Below, in pieces: positions 42,176 through 51,583 of a stretch of 64,000 nt of DNA. Source of the stretch: Nitrospirales bacterium (GTDB taxonomy: Bacteria > Nitrospirota > Nitrospiria > Nitrospirales > UBA8639). The position numbers were made by a program, and so were the translations under genes. The DNA lies in the NCBI GenBank assembly GCA_963422365.1, contig OY729426.1, positions 1,056,001 to 1,120,000 of the forward strand, given 5' to 3'. The notes beneath the pieces are model-generated. The model worked only from the letters and a program-made list of their open reading frames with translations, did not search any database and had not been told where the DNA came from. Each line of letters starts with the position of its first letter. Within the stretch, counting starts at the first letter, position 1.

Positions 42176-43291
42176 ATGAAACCTAAGTTTGTGCTGTCAC
42201 TTTGCGGGACCAGTCTGCTCACGAATGGCGCAACAGGCTATGAACGGGCTCTTATCACTCGTCACGCCAACGTCAAAGACGAACAAGATATCAAGCATGA
42301 GGAACGCGAAAGCCTGCGAGCCAGGATTGACCACGTATACTCAACATTACAAGAAGCCGCTGAACACCAAATCACAGACATGTCGGCAGAGCTGAATGCG
42401 CTGTACAAACTGTATGACGGCCAACTCGGTCAGGCTGTCAACGACCAGCATTGGCTGCTGTGTACTGATACGTGGCTGGGGAAACAAACAGGGAAACTGA
42501 TACAAGAACAACTGGAACGTCGTGGGATTTCCTCCGTGCAAATTTGTCAGCCAACGGATCTGCGTACAGAGGAACTTCTCACCTTTCAAAGCGCGTTGTC
42601 AGATCTGGTGAAATGGTGTGACGAAACGATAGAACCCTGTCGGTCTAGCTGCCATATCGTTTTCAATCTCACGGGTGGCTTTAAAAGCATTCAGGGGTTT
42701 CTGCAAACGCTGGCGATGTTTTATGCTGATGAAGCCATCTACGTCTTTGAATCCGGCACGGAATTATTACGGATACCCAGATTGCCGATCAGGCTGGACA
42801 CGGACGACGTGGTACGTCAACACCTTCATGTCTTCAGGCGTTTGGCCAAGGGTCTCGGTCTTGATGAACAGTGCCAGCTTGATGATATTGATGCTATTCC
42901 AGAGACGTTATTGCTTCGCCTTGATAACGATGTCGATTTGTCGCTTTGGGGAGATTTGGTCTGGAAGCAGACGTATAAAGATGTTTATGGTGAAAAACTC
43001 TGGCCTTCTCCAAGCAAAAAAATCATCTACGGCGAAAAATTTGAGGCAAGTGTTGCATCACTTCCACCTGACCGGATCGGGCAGGTCAACAGTCGTCTGG
43101 ATCAGCTTGCCGTCCATCTTGAACGTGGAGGGCACAATTTGTCTTCCCTGGATTTCAAACCGCTGAAGGGCAGGATTAAAAACTATACTCATGAGCTTGA
43201 CGCCTGGGCCGACCAAGACGCCAAAAGGATGTATGGACGCCTTGAAAATGGTGTTTTTACAGTCGAGGTCCTTGATGAGGCTTTGCATTAA
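42176..43291 (+). CDS. APE2256-family CARF protein with C-terminal RelE-like domain (Cami1-like effector)
   Basis: CGTSLLTN, SAELNAL, TDTWLG, FNLTGGFKS, YVFES; RelE-like tail LDFKPLKG..HELDAW..AKRMYG; RBS GGAGG. Confidence 0.82.
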   Translation: MKPKFVLSLCGTSLLTNGATGYERALITRHANVKDEQDIKHEERESLRARIDHVYSTLQEAAEHQITDMSAELNALYKLYDGQLGQAVNDQHWLLCTDTWLGKQTGKLIQEQLERRGISSVQICQPTDLRTEELLTFQSALSDLVKWCDETIEPCRSSCHIVFNLTGGFKSIQGFLQTLAMFYADEAIYVFESGTELLRIPRLPIRLDTDDVVRQHLHVFRRLAKGLGLDEQCQLDDIDAIPETLLLRLDNDVDLSLWGDLVWKQTYKDVYGEKLWPSPSKKIIYGEKFEASVASLPPDRIGQVNSRLDQLAVHLERGGHNLSSLDFKPLKGRIKNYTHELDAWADQDAKRMYGRLENGVFTVEVLDEALH

Positions 43292-43416
43292 GTTTATGAA
43301 GCCAGAAAAAACATATCTGCTATTCGTGAGAGGGGAGGATCGGGATTATCCCGTTATACCGGGCTTGAACCGGTATCCCGTTACGAGTATCACGCGCGAA
43401 AGCCTGAGCGAGAGCC

Positions 43417-43725
43417 TTACGCCGAGTCTTTCTTGACGACTTTCGTGATCGTGTATTCTTCCAGTCGCGCACCGAATCTCCGCATGTCTTCCGTGCTTAA
43501 CTCCATGCCACGGTGAGTGGCAGGTATATCCATGGATAAGTGAAAATACCGTCCGCCGCGCTCGCACACGGCTGCTGCTACGTGAACGGGCAGTGTGCCA
43601 AGGACCTTATCACCGGGAACAATCGTTGAAAGATCGAGATGCTCGACCATCGCGTCGACTGAAAACCCTTCCTGTTCAGTCCAGGCTTTGGCGCCGGTGT
43701 GACGAGTGATGAAAATCGTGCCCAT
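43417..43725 (-). CDS. csx16: Csx16 (VVA1548 family), putative ring nuclease
   Basis: FITRHTGA..W, HLD, GDKVLGTLPVHVAA, RGMELS. Confidence 0.9.
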   Translation of the reverse strand: MGTIFITRHTGAKAWTEQEGFSVDAMVEHLDLSTIVPGDKVLGTLPVHVAAAVCERGGRYFHLSMDIPATHRGMELSTEDMRRFGARLEEYTITKVVKKDSA

Positions 43726-43961
43726 ATCAGTCGTCCATCAATGGGACATCTTCTCCAGGATCGGCAAAGGTGTGGGGCATTGGCAACATTACTTGCACTC
43801 TTGATGGAAGTCGTTTGTATAAACACCATTCAGGCATATGATGCCGGGCGATCTGCTTCTTCAATGACTCAGCGGGGATGCTCAGATTTGATGGCTTCAA
43901 TCGGGTTCCAGTTCACTGCTTTGGTCTCCCTAATCACCCATAACTGATTTTTGCTCAGCCC

Positions 43962-44110
43962 ATGATTAGAAGCTATCTCATAAATGGATGAAGGCATTTT
44001 TCTGACCGCCCGACCTTGCTGTCATCCTGAAGTGCAGGCGCTGCTTTTTCAGTGAGCGATTCTTCGTCGCCCGCTCCTCAGAATGACATATTGAGACAGC
44101 TTCTAATCAT
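43962..44110. mobile_element. MITE-like element, copy 2
   Basis: 19-bp terminal inverted repeat with one mismatch (ATGATTAGAAGCTATCTCA / TGAGACAGCTTCTAATCAT); internal GTCATCCTGA/CTCAGAATGAC. Confidence 0.7.
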
Positions 44111-44179
44111 CACGGGCGCCTCTATAGGCCATAGAGAGTTTTTCCTATCACTCGGCAAAACAGTGGAGGTACGTTGCCT

Positions 44180-44353
44180 CTATTTTGTTTGCCAGGCTCA
44201 TTCCGTACAATACTCAAATCGTTGAATCATCCCCTCTTTCGCTCATTGATCTTATGGACGATCCCGACTCCTTTCCGCCGCTTCTTGGAGCAGAAAGTAC
44301 GCTCTCTTAAAATTATCAAATCGATATTGCCAGCGTTGCTTTTCTTCCGTCAT
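44180..44353 (-). pseudogene. HI0074-family HEPN (nucleotidyltransferase substrate-binding) remnant
   Basis: MTEEKQRWQYRFDNFKRAY..stop..EGMIQRFEYCTE stop AW. Confidence 0.7.
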
Positions 44354-44372
44354 CCAGCCGCCTCAATTCCTT

Positions 44373-45152
44373 TCATTGCAAAACGCATTCTTTCAATTTT
44401 TGGATGCTTGCTTTGCGCTCTTTGCCCTTTTTTCCTTTCAACATTCCTAAATGACGATAGATACTCTCCGCCAAATTACAGAGTTCAATTCTGGCTTCTT
44501 TGGGCCAGTTGGCTGCACTGGTTATCAGTGCAGCCAAACGACCCGGAACACGGCCTTGCTTCGTGAGCGCGTTATTGGCTTGATCTTGATCAAACCATAT
44601 TTTTAACTCTTCAATAGCGCGTTCTTCCTCGGTCATGGCGGCGAGCCGCTGTTGCTTTTCCCGTTCTGCCTGCTGTTCAGCTAATTTCGCCTGCTTTTGT
44701 GCTTCTTCTTGTTGCTTGCGCTGGGTTAGTTTCTCCTGCAAGGCTGTGATGCGACGCCACTGTGTTTCCAACCATTGTGGCTTTGAATGACCAATCTGTT
44801 CGATTAAATTCTCCAGTACGACAGGCGGTTTGTCCGGCGGGTCAATTTCAATCAACAACCAGCCGAACGGCACCATTTCCGATCGTGAATCTTGTGCGTC
44901 GGCGGCCAGCCATAAGGTACGAGGTTTCGGCTCATCTACGGACTTTTTATTGCCGACCATTATCTTAATGCTTCTGACACCATTTAAAGTAACCGCCTCA
45001 GCGCCACTATGCCGCCCCACACGCAATAACATCATTGCTTTGTTTGATTCCAGTAGTGGTGTGATGCTGGCCAGCAATCTGTGGATGCGCTGTTCCCAGT
45101 CAGGCTCGACATAACGTCTTTGTCCGATGATTGTTATTTCCTGCTCCAGCAA
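44373..45152 (-). pseudogene. C-terminal half of a second Csm5-type RAMP with coiled-coil tail
   Basis: LLRVGRHSGAEAVT, PRTLWLAA, PFGWL; lacks the N-terminal LTPVHxG motif and a clear start. Confidence 0.7.
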
Positions 45153-45305
45153 GGCTTTTTAATATATGTAGTTATATGTAGTCTATTTCAATCTGATCAT
45201 CAACCTTGACGAAACAACCATGTTTCCAACCTGAGACATTTCTCACATATCACATGCTGTCGTTGGTGCCGTTGAAAATTTACACCAAACTTAATCCGGC
45301 GTGCA

Positions 45306-46739
45306 TCAATTTTCTCCTTTATAAATTTGCAAGGCCTTTTTAATCGACTTGCCTGGTGGTGGGTTATCCCACCACCCCTTTTCCTGCCAGCGTGCCTGAA
45401 TGTCTGCTAACGCAGTCTGTTTTAGGTCACCGTCTTCAATTGCTTGCCAGGATTTTGCTAGTGGTTGGCCACGCAGGGCTTCATCAGCTGAAGCATGGTG
45501 CTGTTCTTGAATGGCCGCAATTTGTTCTTCCACCCATGGGCTGCGCACGACGTCTGTCGAACTGGTTTTTTGACTTGCGGCACGTATTTCTGTCTCATCC
45601 GACCAGGGTGACAATCTTATCCAGCCCAGTGGTAAACGGGGATTGCCTTGTACGGCTAATCTCCTGGTTTTTGGAAAATTTTCAGATTTTCCGAGACGAT
45701 AAAGTCCACGCATTTTTTCCTGCGTTTCTGCATCTTGCCAACCGCCCGTCATTCCCCGCCAACCACTGCCCCAAGCCAATCTTAGATAAGCGGCATTCTC
45801 TGTTTGTTGAATGGTTTCCCGTAATGTTTCGCATTGTTCGACGATTGTTTGCTGCTTGTAACGCTGAAAAAATTTTATTTCCTGTTCGAGGATATGTCGT
45901 GCGTGACCGTTGAGCTTTGCACAGAGTCCGGCAAAATCTGCCGGTAATAACTCAAGACTGTGCTGAGGCGCGTACCAACGATTTGGGTCTTTCAGCAGGA
46001 ATCGATCCCACTGCAGTGACATCGCTGCGATTGCGGTAGGTGCTAGAGTCTCGGCGTAAATACCGGTTGCGTCCTGCCACCTGTTCTCGTTTTTCCTGTT
46101 AGACATATTGCGCCATTTCGCGAACTGTCTGTCATTGGATCTGGTGATATTTAGCCAACGAACGTCGGCAAGACACAGATCACTGGTTTGGAAGTTAGCA
46201 TCACCTACGTGCAGAGCACGCAGCAGATCTTTGTTTGGATCAGAACCAAAGACATATTTTGTGATAGCAGTTGCTGCCATCTTAGGAGAACAGGTAGGCT
46301 TCTTCTGCGTATTATCCCACCGTGGAAGACGGCTTGCTATCCCACTCGGTCTGCTGTGCAGCCATGCGGCTAACAGTGCGGTGCGGATAGCGCCTTTTAT
46401 TGAACTGCCCGGCAGGTAGGGATGCAACATGGCATCTTTGATAAACTCCCTGAATTTCTCCGGCAGGGCCATTTTCCCCTGCAAATAGGGAAGTGGGTAG
46501 CCGTAGTATGTGCCTGCAAGCCTGACAGAATCACTCAGTTTGGGATTTGCTTGCAGTAGAGTATCAAGTGCTGTATGACCCGATGCAATGGCATTAAAAG
46601 TTCGGTTCTGATCGACAACAAAAACCTGTCCTCGTTGCTCCACGTAATCAAGTTCACGATATAATTCTTCCCCTGAGCCAACGTGTACCGGTGTCAATAT
46701 TTCAACGGCAAGTTGAATCGTTTCCGTTTGTCCTTTCAT
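45306..46739 (-). CDS. csm5: Csm5
   Basis: LTPVHVGSG, YLPGSSIKGAIRTA, LRLAWGSGW, FPKTRR, PLGW. Confidence 0.93.
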   Translation of the reverse strand: MKGQTETIQLAVEILTPVHVGSGEELYRELDYVEQRGQVFVVDQNRTFNAIASGHTALDTLLQANPKLSDSVRLAGTYYGYPLPYLQGKMALPEKFREFIKDAMLHPYLPGSSIKGAIRTALLAAWLHSRPSGIASRLPRWDNTQKKPTCSPKMAATAITKYVFGSDPNKDLLRALHVGDANFQTSDLCLADVRWLNITRSNDRQFAKWRNMSNRKNENRWQDATGIYAETLAPTAIAAMSLQWDRFLLKDPNRWYAPQHSLELLPADFAGLCAKLNGHARHILEQEIKFFQRYKQQTIVEQCETLRETIQQTENAAYLRLAWGSGWRGMTGGWQDAETQEKMRGLYRLGKSENFPKTRRLAVQGNPRLPLGWIRLSPWSDETEIRAASQKTSSTDVVRSPWVEEQIAAIQEQHHASADEALRGQPLAKSWQAIEDGDLKQTALADIQARWQEKGWWDNPPPGKSIKKALQIYKGEN

Positions 46740-47728
46740 GAAACAACTCCCGTTCCTATGAAAAAGCCTCTGCCGTCCCGATAGATAGGATGAGGGGATG
46801 CTTTCCCTTCCGGCGTATTGGTAGGTGTAACCTCAACCACCCGGCCGGTGAGGGACCGACGGAACTGACTGCCTTCGGTAAACATGCGCAATCTCAAACG
46901 TCGCAAACCATGATGTGCAATCCATCCTCCTCGACTCATCAGGTTGTAGCTCGATCCTTCAAGCCAAGTCCCTGAAAAATCTGTTGGGGCAGGGCTGACG
47001 AGTGATAACGCAGTAAAAATGCCGTTATCAGTGGTCTTCAACTCAGGAAAATTGTCTGCTTTTTGCCATTCGAAAAAGCCGTTGCCATTGCTTCGGTCTG
47101 CGCCGATGCCACTGTCCCCCAATAAACTGAGCGCAGCCTCGAATCCTTTTCTATCATTATCGTTGCCAAAATGTGCCAGGAAGTATAAGCCCGATTCCGA
47201 GTGGAAGTGTACGCGCCCGAAGTTGAATAATTGCCCCTCCAGCGGGGCACCACTGGCGCGGTCAGTCGCTAGCCTTGGGCGTTCCTCCTGCGCCCATAGC
47301 GTTAATTTTTCTACCTGTTTGCAGATCGCCTTGGGCAAGGCCAGTGTCGATTGAACAATATCGATAGCATCAAGGTTTAGCTGCCAGCCATTTGTCGCGG
47401 TATCGTGCCACAATTCTGGCGCTATCCATTGAATCTTTTTAAGCTTCTTATAGCTGCGCAGGTCTTTATCGGGTAAGTCCGGTGCAGTGCTTCCAATAGG
47501 GCGAGGCAAAAAGTAAGTGTTCTGAAAATAGGGGAATGCCGAACTGAGTAGGAACGGTGGTGCCGCAGCCCGTTCAGTCGCAACATTCGGTTCCAACAGC
47601 GCCCACGCTGATAAAATCGCGGCGCTCAACGTATCCGAGTGAATAAATATCTCGGATTCATCATAGAAATTGTTGCCGCGATTATCGACGTGAAAAGGCG
47701 CTGTAAACTTGAGTTTGTAGCAGTCCAT
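46736..47728 (-). CDS. csm4: Csm4
   Basis: IHSDTLSAA, LSSAFPY, GIGADRSNGNG, MFTEGS. Confidence 0.95.
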   Translation of the reverse strand: MDCYKLKFTAPFHVDNRGNNFYDESEIFIHSDTLSAAILSAWALLEPNVATERAAAPPFLLSSAFPYFQNTYFLPRPIGSTAPDLPDKDLRSYKKLKKIQWIAPELWHDTATNGWQLNLDAIDIVQSTLALPKAICKQVEKLTLWAQEERPRLATDRASGAPLEGQLFNFGRVHFHSESGLYFLAHFGNDNDRKGFEAALSLLGDSGIGADRSNGNGFFEWQKADNFPELKTTDNGIFTALSLVSPAPTDFSGTWLEGSSYNLMSRGGWIAHHGLRRLRLRMFTEGSQFRRSLTGRVVEVTPTNTPEGKASPHPIYRDGRGFFIGTGVVS

Positions 47729-47739
47729 AACAGTTTATT

Positions 47740-48522
47740 TCAGGCAACAGCTTCGGCTTCTGTAGCAGACGGCTTGAATTCATCTGGTATCTTGTAATCC
47801 GACAAATCCGCTTCCTTGTTGCCTGATTTGTATTGTTCCGCAGTCCGTTGGGTCAGTGAAGTCCTAGAAAATTTGACCTGCCCATAACCGCGCGAACCGT
47901 TACCACCGAGTGTATCCGCTTGAACCAGACGCAATCCTTCAAATAGCAGGTTGAGGAAATGCTTCTGATCATCGTCTTCAAGCAAAGTAAGAATGAATTC
48001 GAAATCAAATTCCGCTCCCGCGGGCACACGTTCGATCTGGCGTGGATTTGCGGCGGAGGTAATGCGATCAATCCAGACCTCGGTTTTGACTTCGGTCATC
48101 GGCATATCGGCATTGGGCGCTGAAAGAAGCTTAACTCGACTCGCTTTTGTCAACAGCGCATCACGAACAATCAAACGTGTTGGTTCTATTGAGTCTTCAG
48201 CCGCAACGCCAAATAGTTTGCCTAGCGACGTATCCGACTTCTTCCCCGCCAAGGCTTCCTTCTTCTCACGTATAGAGAAGCCCCCTTCGACGTTCTGGTT
48301 ATTTTCCTCATTTCCCCGAACCCGTTCGAGTAATGCCCTCATTTTGCCCCGTAATGACGAGCCTGGAATATACGGATCATTGGTTAGCGGGTTCCGCACA
48401 ACGACTGAATCGGCGCCACCGATAGCCATGCCGACGGAATTACCTCCGATATGCAACCCGGTTAAAGCTGTCAAATGACCTCGAACAAAAATTTTACTGC
48501 TTACTTTTTTGATGTCAGTCAT
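47740..48522 (-). CDS. csm3: Csm3
   Basis: TGLHIGG, IGGAD, PYIPGSSLRGKMR, PRQIERVPAG, LGGNGSRGYG. Confidence 0.96.
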   Translation of the reverse strand: MTDIKKVSSKIFVRGHLTALTGLHIGGNSVGMAIGGADSVVVRNPLTNDPYIPGSSLRGKMRALLERVRGNEENNQNVEGGFSIREKKEALAGKKSDTSLGKLFGVAAEDSIEPTRLIVRDALLTKASRVKLLSAPNADMPMTEVKTEVWIDRITSAANPRQIERVPAGAEFDFEFILTLLEDDDQKHFLNLLFEGLRLVQADTLGGNGSRGYGQVKFSRTSLTQRTAEQYKSGNKEADLSDYKIPDEFKPSATEAEAVA

Positions 48523-48524
48523 GG

Positions 48525-48926
48525 CTATTTTCCTCCTGCTGCTTTATGGTAAGCGACTATTGCTTCAAAAAATTGGCAAAATCGCTGAAACGATGCTTCA
48601 TCATTGACAGCGTCAATCGCACTATCCATCACCTTTTTCAGCTCTTTCAAACCGTCACCATGCCGGCCTGCTGCATAAGCCAACCTGGTTTTGAGAAGAA
48701 GCACTTCGCGCCGTGTGCGACTTTGCCAGCCAGACATCTCCAGCTTTTTCATATTACCGTATGCATTGCGAATTTGGCTGGTAGTAACTTTTTTAGTTTG
48801 CAGAATTTCTCCAAACCTTTCTGCAAATTGAACCATTTGTTTAGCAGTATCGTCTTGAGCAATGTAGCTTTTAATCTCTTCAGGTGTTGGCATTGGGGTT
48901 TCACCGCTTGATCTATTTGTTGGCAT
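48525..48926 (-). CDS. csm2: Csm2
   Basis: TTSQIRN, RLAYAAGR, FFEAIVAYHK. Confidence 0.95.
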   Translation of the reverse strand: MPTNRSSGETPMPTPEEIKSYIAQDDTAKQMVQFAERFGEILQTKKVTTSQIRNAYGNMKKLEMSGWQSRTRREVLLLKTRLAYAAGRHGDGLKELKKVMDSAIDAVNDEASFQRFCQFFEAIVAYHKAAGGK

Positions 48927-51498
48927 CAGCAGATCTCCTCGTTAAAAATTCGGCCCACCGGGTGGGCAGTTCCAACCATTCAATCGCTGGTCGGATTGAT
49001 TCAGTCCGGCTTTCAGTAATAGTTGCGATCAAATTGTTCAAATCTTCCTCAATAGCAGGGGTGCGACGTGCCACGCGTTTCAGGTTGTAAACCAGACGCC
49101 AGCGCCATTGTTGCCAATGTAACAGTTCACGTATTTCATCTTTCTGTAATTGTCGTTTATCACTGAGCCGTCGGAACTCTTCAACTGCAAGCACGACCGA
49201 GCGTAATCTGTCGAGTATTGCCCGATTCCCGGTTTTTTCAATAATGGTTTCGATTTGCTTTTTTAACGTCAGAGCACGAGGATATTCTTCCCAGCCGATA
49301 GTTATGCCAAGCAGCGAGACAGCATCTTTTTCACGCTTGTTACGTTTCAGTACTTTTGCGCTTGACTCAGCTTCACTAGCCAAATCGGCGGCCCGTGATA
49401 TAGGGTATTTGCCGTCAACCATGATAAGGCCACCAGAAAGTGTAAACACAGGATTGCCTGCGCAATAGCGTTGAAATTCTTGCCGAATTTTATCAGCGAC
49501 ATCCGGCAGCTCATCCCAGGAACCGATGATAAACACATCGTCGCCCCCTGAATAAATAACTTGGCTACGCTTATAAGTTTTGAGCAGCTCCATAAGGTGA
49601 CCGGCAAAAAACAGGTGTAGCTGACGGGATAGAGTAGCCACCCTGGATAATGATCCCATTTCTTCTTCTGTGCCTGTTGCGCTTGGGAATTTGAGTCCAC
49701 GAATGAATATCTCACCCAAGTTATCGACATCCAGACGTAATACACCCATACGTCGAATACCCTTAGCGTTTTTATCAAAATCATCAAATTCCCATGGGGC
49801 TGCTTCTTCTTTGTCGCGGTCCCACCTACCAAGTAACCGAAAACCACTCGCATAACCATGCTGGTTGAATTTCGGATCAGTAATTTGATTGATACGTTCA
49901 TAATAGCTGGCAGCCAGCGAGCGTAACTCACTGAATTCAGGTAAACCATTTTGTTTTGAAACATGAATATGCCAATCCGTACCAGGTAAAGAAATACAAG
50001 CTAATTCCTTTTCCTTGATACTGTCCAAGTCACTTTTCCAAACCCAGAAAAAGGCTTCTGCGTCAGTCAGGCTTTGCCCCAACTTTTGTAAATTATTACA
50101 TTGCTTACAGATTGCTCCATCATCCGTCTGGCTGATTTCGGCATCTTTATCATCCCGGCTACAAACCCTGCACGCGGAGCCGGGAGCAAGTTCTTGCGGC
50201 GTAAAAAAACTATGGTCTTTTTCCAGTAATGGGCGGAAACGCTGCTGCCGGTCACGCATCAGGTTATCATTCGCAGCTTTCCAGCGTTTGCCCATGTTGC
50301 CACTGGCGAAATCTCCACCACATACCGGTGCGATACCGGTGCCGAGAAAAATGTCTCCTTGAAATTCTTTAATCAGAGCCTCATTTATTGCCGCCATCTC
50401 GTCTTTCAATGATTGCTCCAGACAGTCAGGTATGAGCAGGTAAAATTTGCCGCCAGAAGAATAAATGCGGGCAGTGGGGTAGAGTTTAAGTTTCCGTAAT
50501 AAATGTTCCGCAACACCGTCACATAACAGTTGTATATAAAGTGATCGTCCACGTAGACCCTTGGCAGCACCTTTACGGGTAATCTTGTAGATGAAATTCT
50601 GGATACCGGAAAAATCACCACAGACCAGACGCCATTTGTGGGTGGTTTTATCATTAAATGTATCAGGCTGATCAAGTGTGTCATGATGCTGATGATGTAG
50701 AAATAAACCTTCTGCAATAGCTGCCGTAACACGCAAATGGTCATATAACGATATGTCCGGGTGGATGACGTTCGTTGCCGCTGGAACGGTAGTCAAGAAA
50801 CGTTCCATCTGTGCCAGTAGCGTCATCATGAATGAACGCAAAGCGGCCGTTGTGAGTCGGTCATATTCGGGCACCTTTTCCATTGCATTCAGCAAACCAT
50901 CAGCCAGTTTCTGATAATCGTCCGATAAGTCCGTTGGACTGATCCAGACTGGATTTTCTCCAGCCTCTATCTTGGTCATAGGCGGATCAAATGCAGTTGT
51001 CGGCAATGAAAATATATCCCGGCCAGTTGTTAAGGGGTTAAGGCCTGCCCGAAACTCGGTAGGTTTGGAAACACCATCTAAATTGATGCGTTCAAGCATG
51101 GGTTCCAGAAGAGTACGGCGATGAATATTTCGTTGATAAAAATTTCCCTGTTCACGTTCGGCACTGGCGAAATGATCAGCTGCCTGAATAAGACGTTCCA
51201 TGTCCGTAGAGGCCACATGATGATGTGCGGCCATATTGATCCAGTTGGCTGCTGCTTGCGGATCATGTTGTTCTGATGGCTGTAAAATGGGAACGATACG
51301 ACAGAGCTCTTCACAAAAACGACGGGTATGTAATACGTGCAGGTGACTCCAGTAGCCACCACTCCGATGCCAGGGACAGTCCTGTTGCCTTTGGTCCTCA
51401 TTAGCACGATATTCACCAAGCCGATTTGCTCGCTCGAAAAATTTGCCTATGTCGTGCAATAAAGCGCCAAATACAATGTGGTCATGCGGTTCCATCAT
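48913..51498 (-). CDS. cas10: Cas10/Csm1 with HD nuclease and active cyclase motif
   Basis: ALLHDIGK, ISLYDHLR, GDFSGIQNFIY, LRGRS, DVDNLG, YSGGDD; start at ATG 51498 behind an AGAAGG RBS. Confidence 0.97.
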   Translation of the reverse strand: MMEPHDHIVFGALLHDIGKFFERANRLGEYRANEDQRQQDCPWHRSGGYWSHLHVLHTRRFCEELCRIVPILQPSEQHDPQAAANWINMAAHHHVASTDMERLIQAADHFASAEREQGNFYQRNIHRRTLLEPMLERINLDGVSKPTEFRAGLNPLTTGRDIFSLPTTAFDPPMTKIEAGENPVWISPTDLSDDYQKLADGLLNAMEKVPEYDRLTTAALRSFMMTLLAQMERFLTTVPAATNVIHPDISLYDHLRVTAAIAEGLFLHHQHHDTLDQPDTFNDKTTHKWRLVCGDFSGIQNFIYKITRKGAAKGLRGRSLYIQLLCDGVAEHLLRKLKLYPTARIYSSGGKFYLLIPDCLEQSLKDEMAAINEALIKEFQGDIFLGTGIAPVCGGDFASGNMGKRWKAANDNLMRDRQQRFRPLLEKDHSFFTPQELAPGSACRVCSRDDKDAEISQTDDGAICKQCNNLQKLGQSLTDAEAFFWVWKSDLDSIKEKELACISLPGTDWHIHVSKQNGLPEFSELRSLAASYYERINQITDPKFNQHGYASGFRLLGRWDRDKEEAAPWEFDDFDKNAKGIRRMGVLRLDVDNLGEIFIRGLKFPSATGTEEEMGSLSRVATLSRQLHLFFAGHLMELLKTYKRSQVIYSGGDDVFIIGSWDELPDVADKIRQEFQRYCAGNPVFTLSGGLIMVDGKYPISRAADLASEAESSAKVLKRNKREKDAVSLLGITIGWEEYPRALTLKKQIETIIEKTGNRAILDRLRSVVLAVEEFRRLSDKRQLQKDEIRELLHWQQWRWRLVYNLKRVARRTPAIEEDLNNLIATITESRTESIRPAIEWLELPTRWAEFLTRRSADANK

Positions 51499-51531
51499 TA
51501 GCGTAATAACCTTCTCTTGATCATCGTCTTG

Positions 51532-51579
51532 AGTGTAATCGATTTCCAGATGCAATTGTTCGACGGCAAGCTTGCCGTC
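51532..51579 (-). promoter_or_regulatory. Palindromic box plus -10 element upstream of cas10
   Basis: Perfect GACGGCAAGCTTGCCGTC 51562-51579; TACACT (minus strand) 51537-51532. Confidence 0.65.
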
Positions 51580-51583
51580 TCCG

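Noticed and set aside
43296..43436. Short ORF and TATCCCGTTA direct repeat between the CARF-RelE gene and csx16
   Set aside because: Two 10-nt copies and a motif-less 46-aa frame; too little support.
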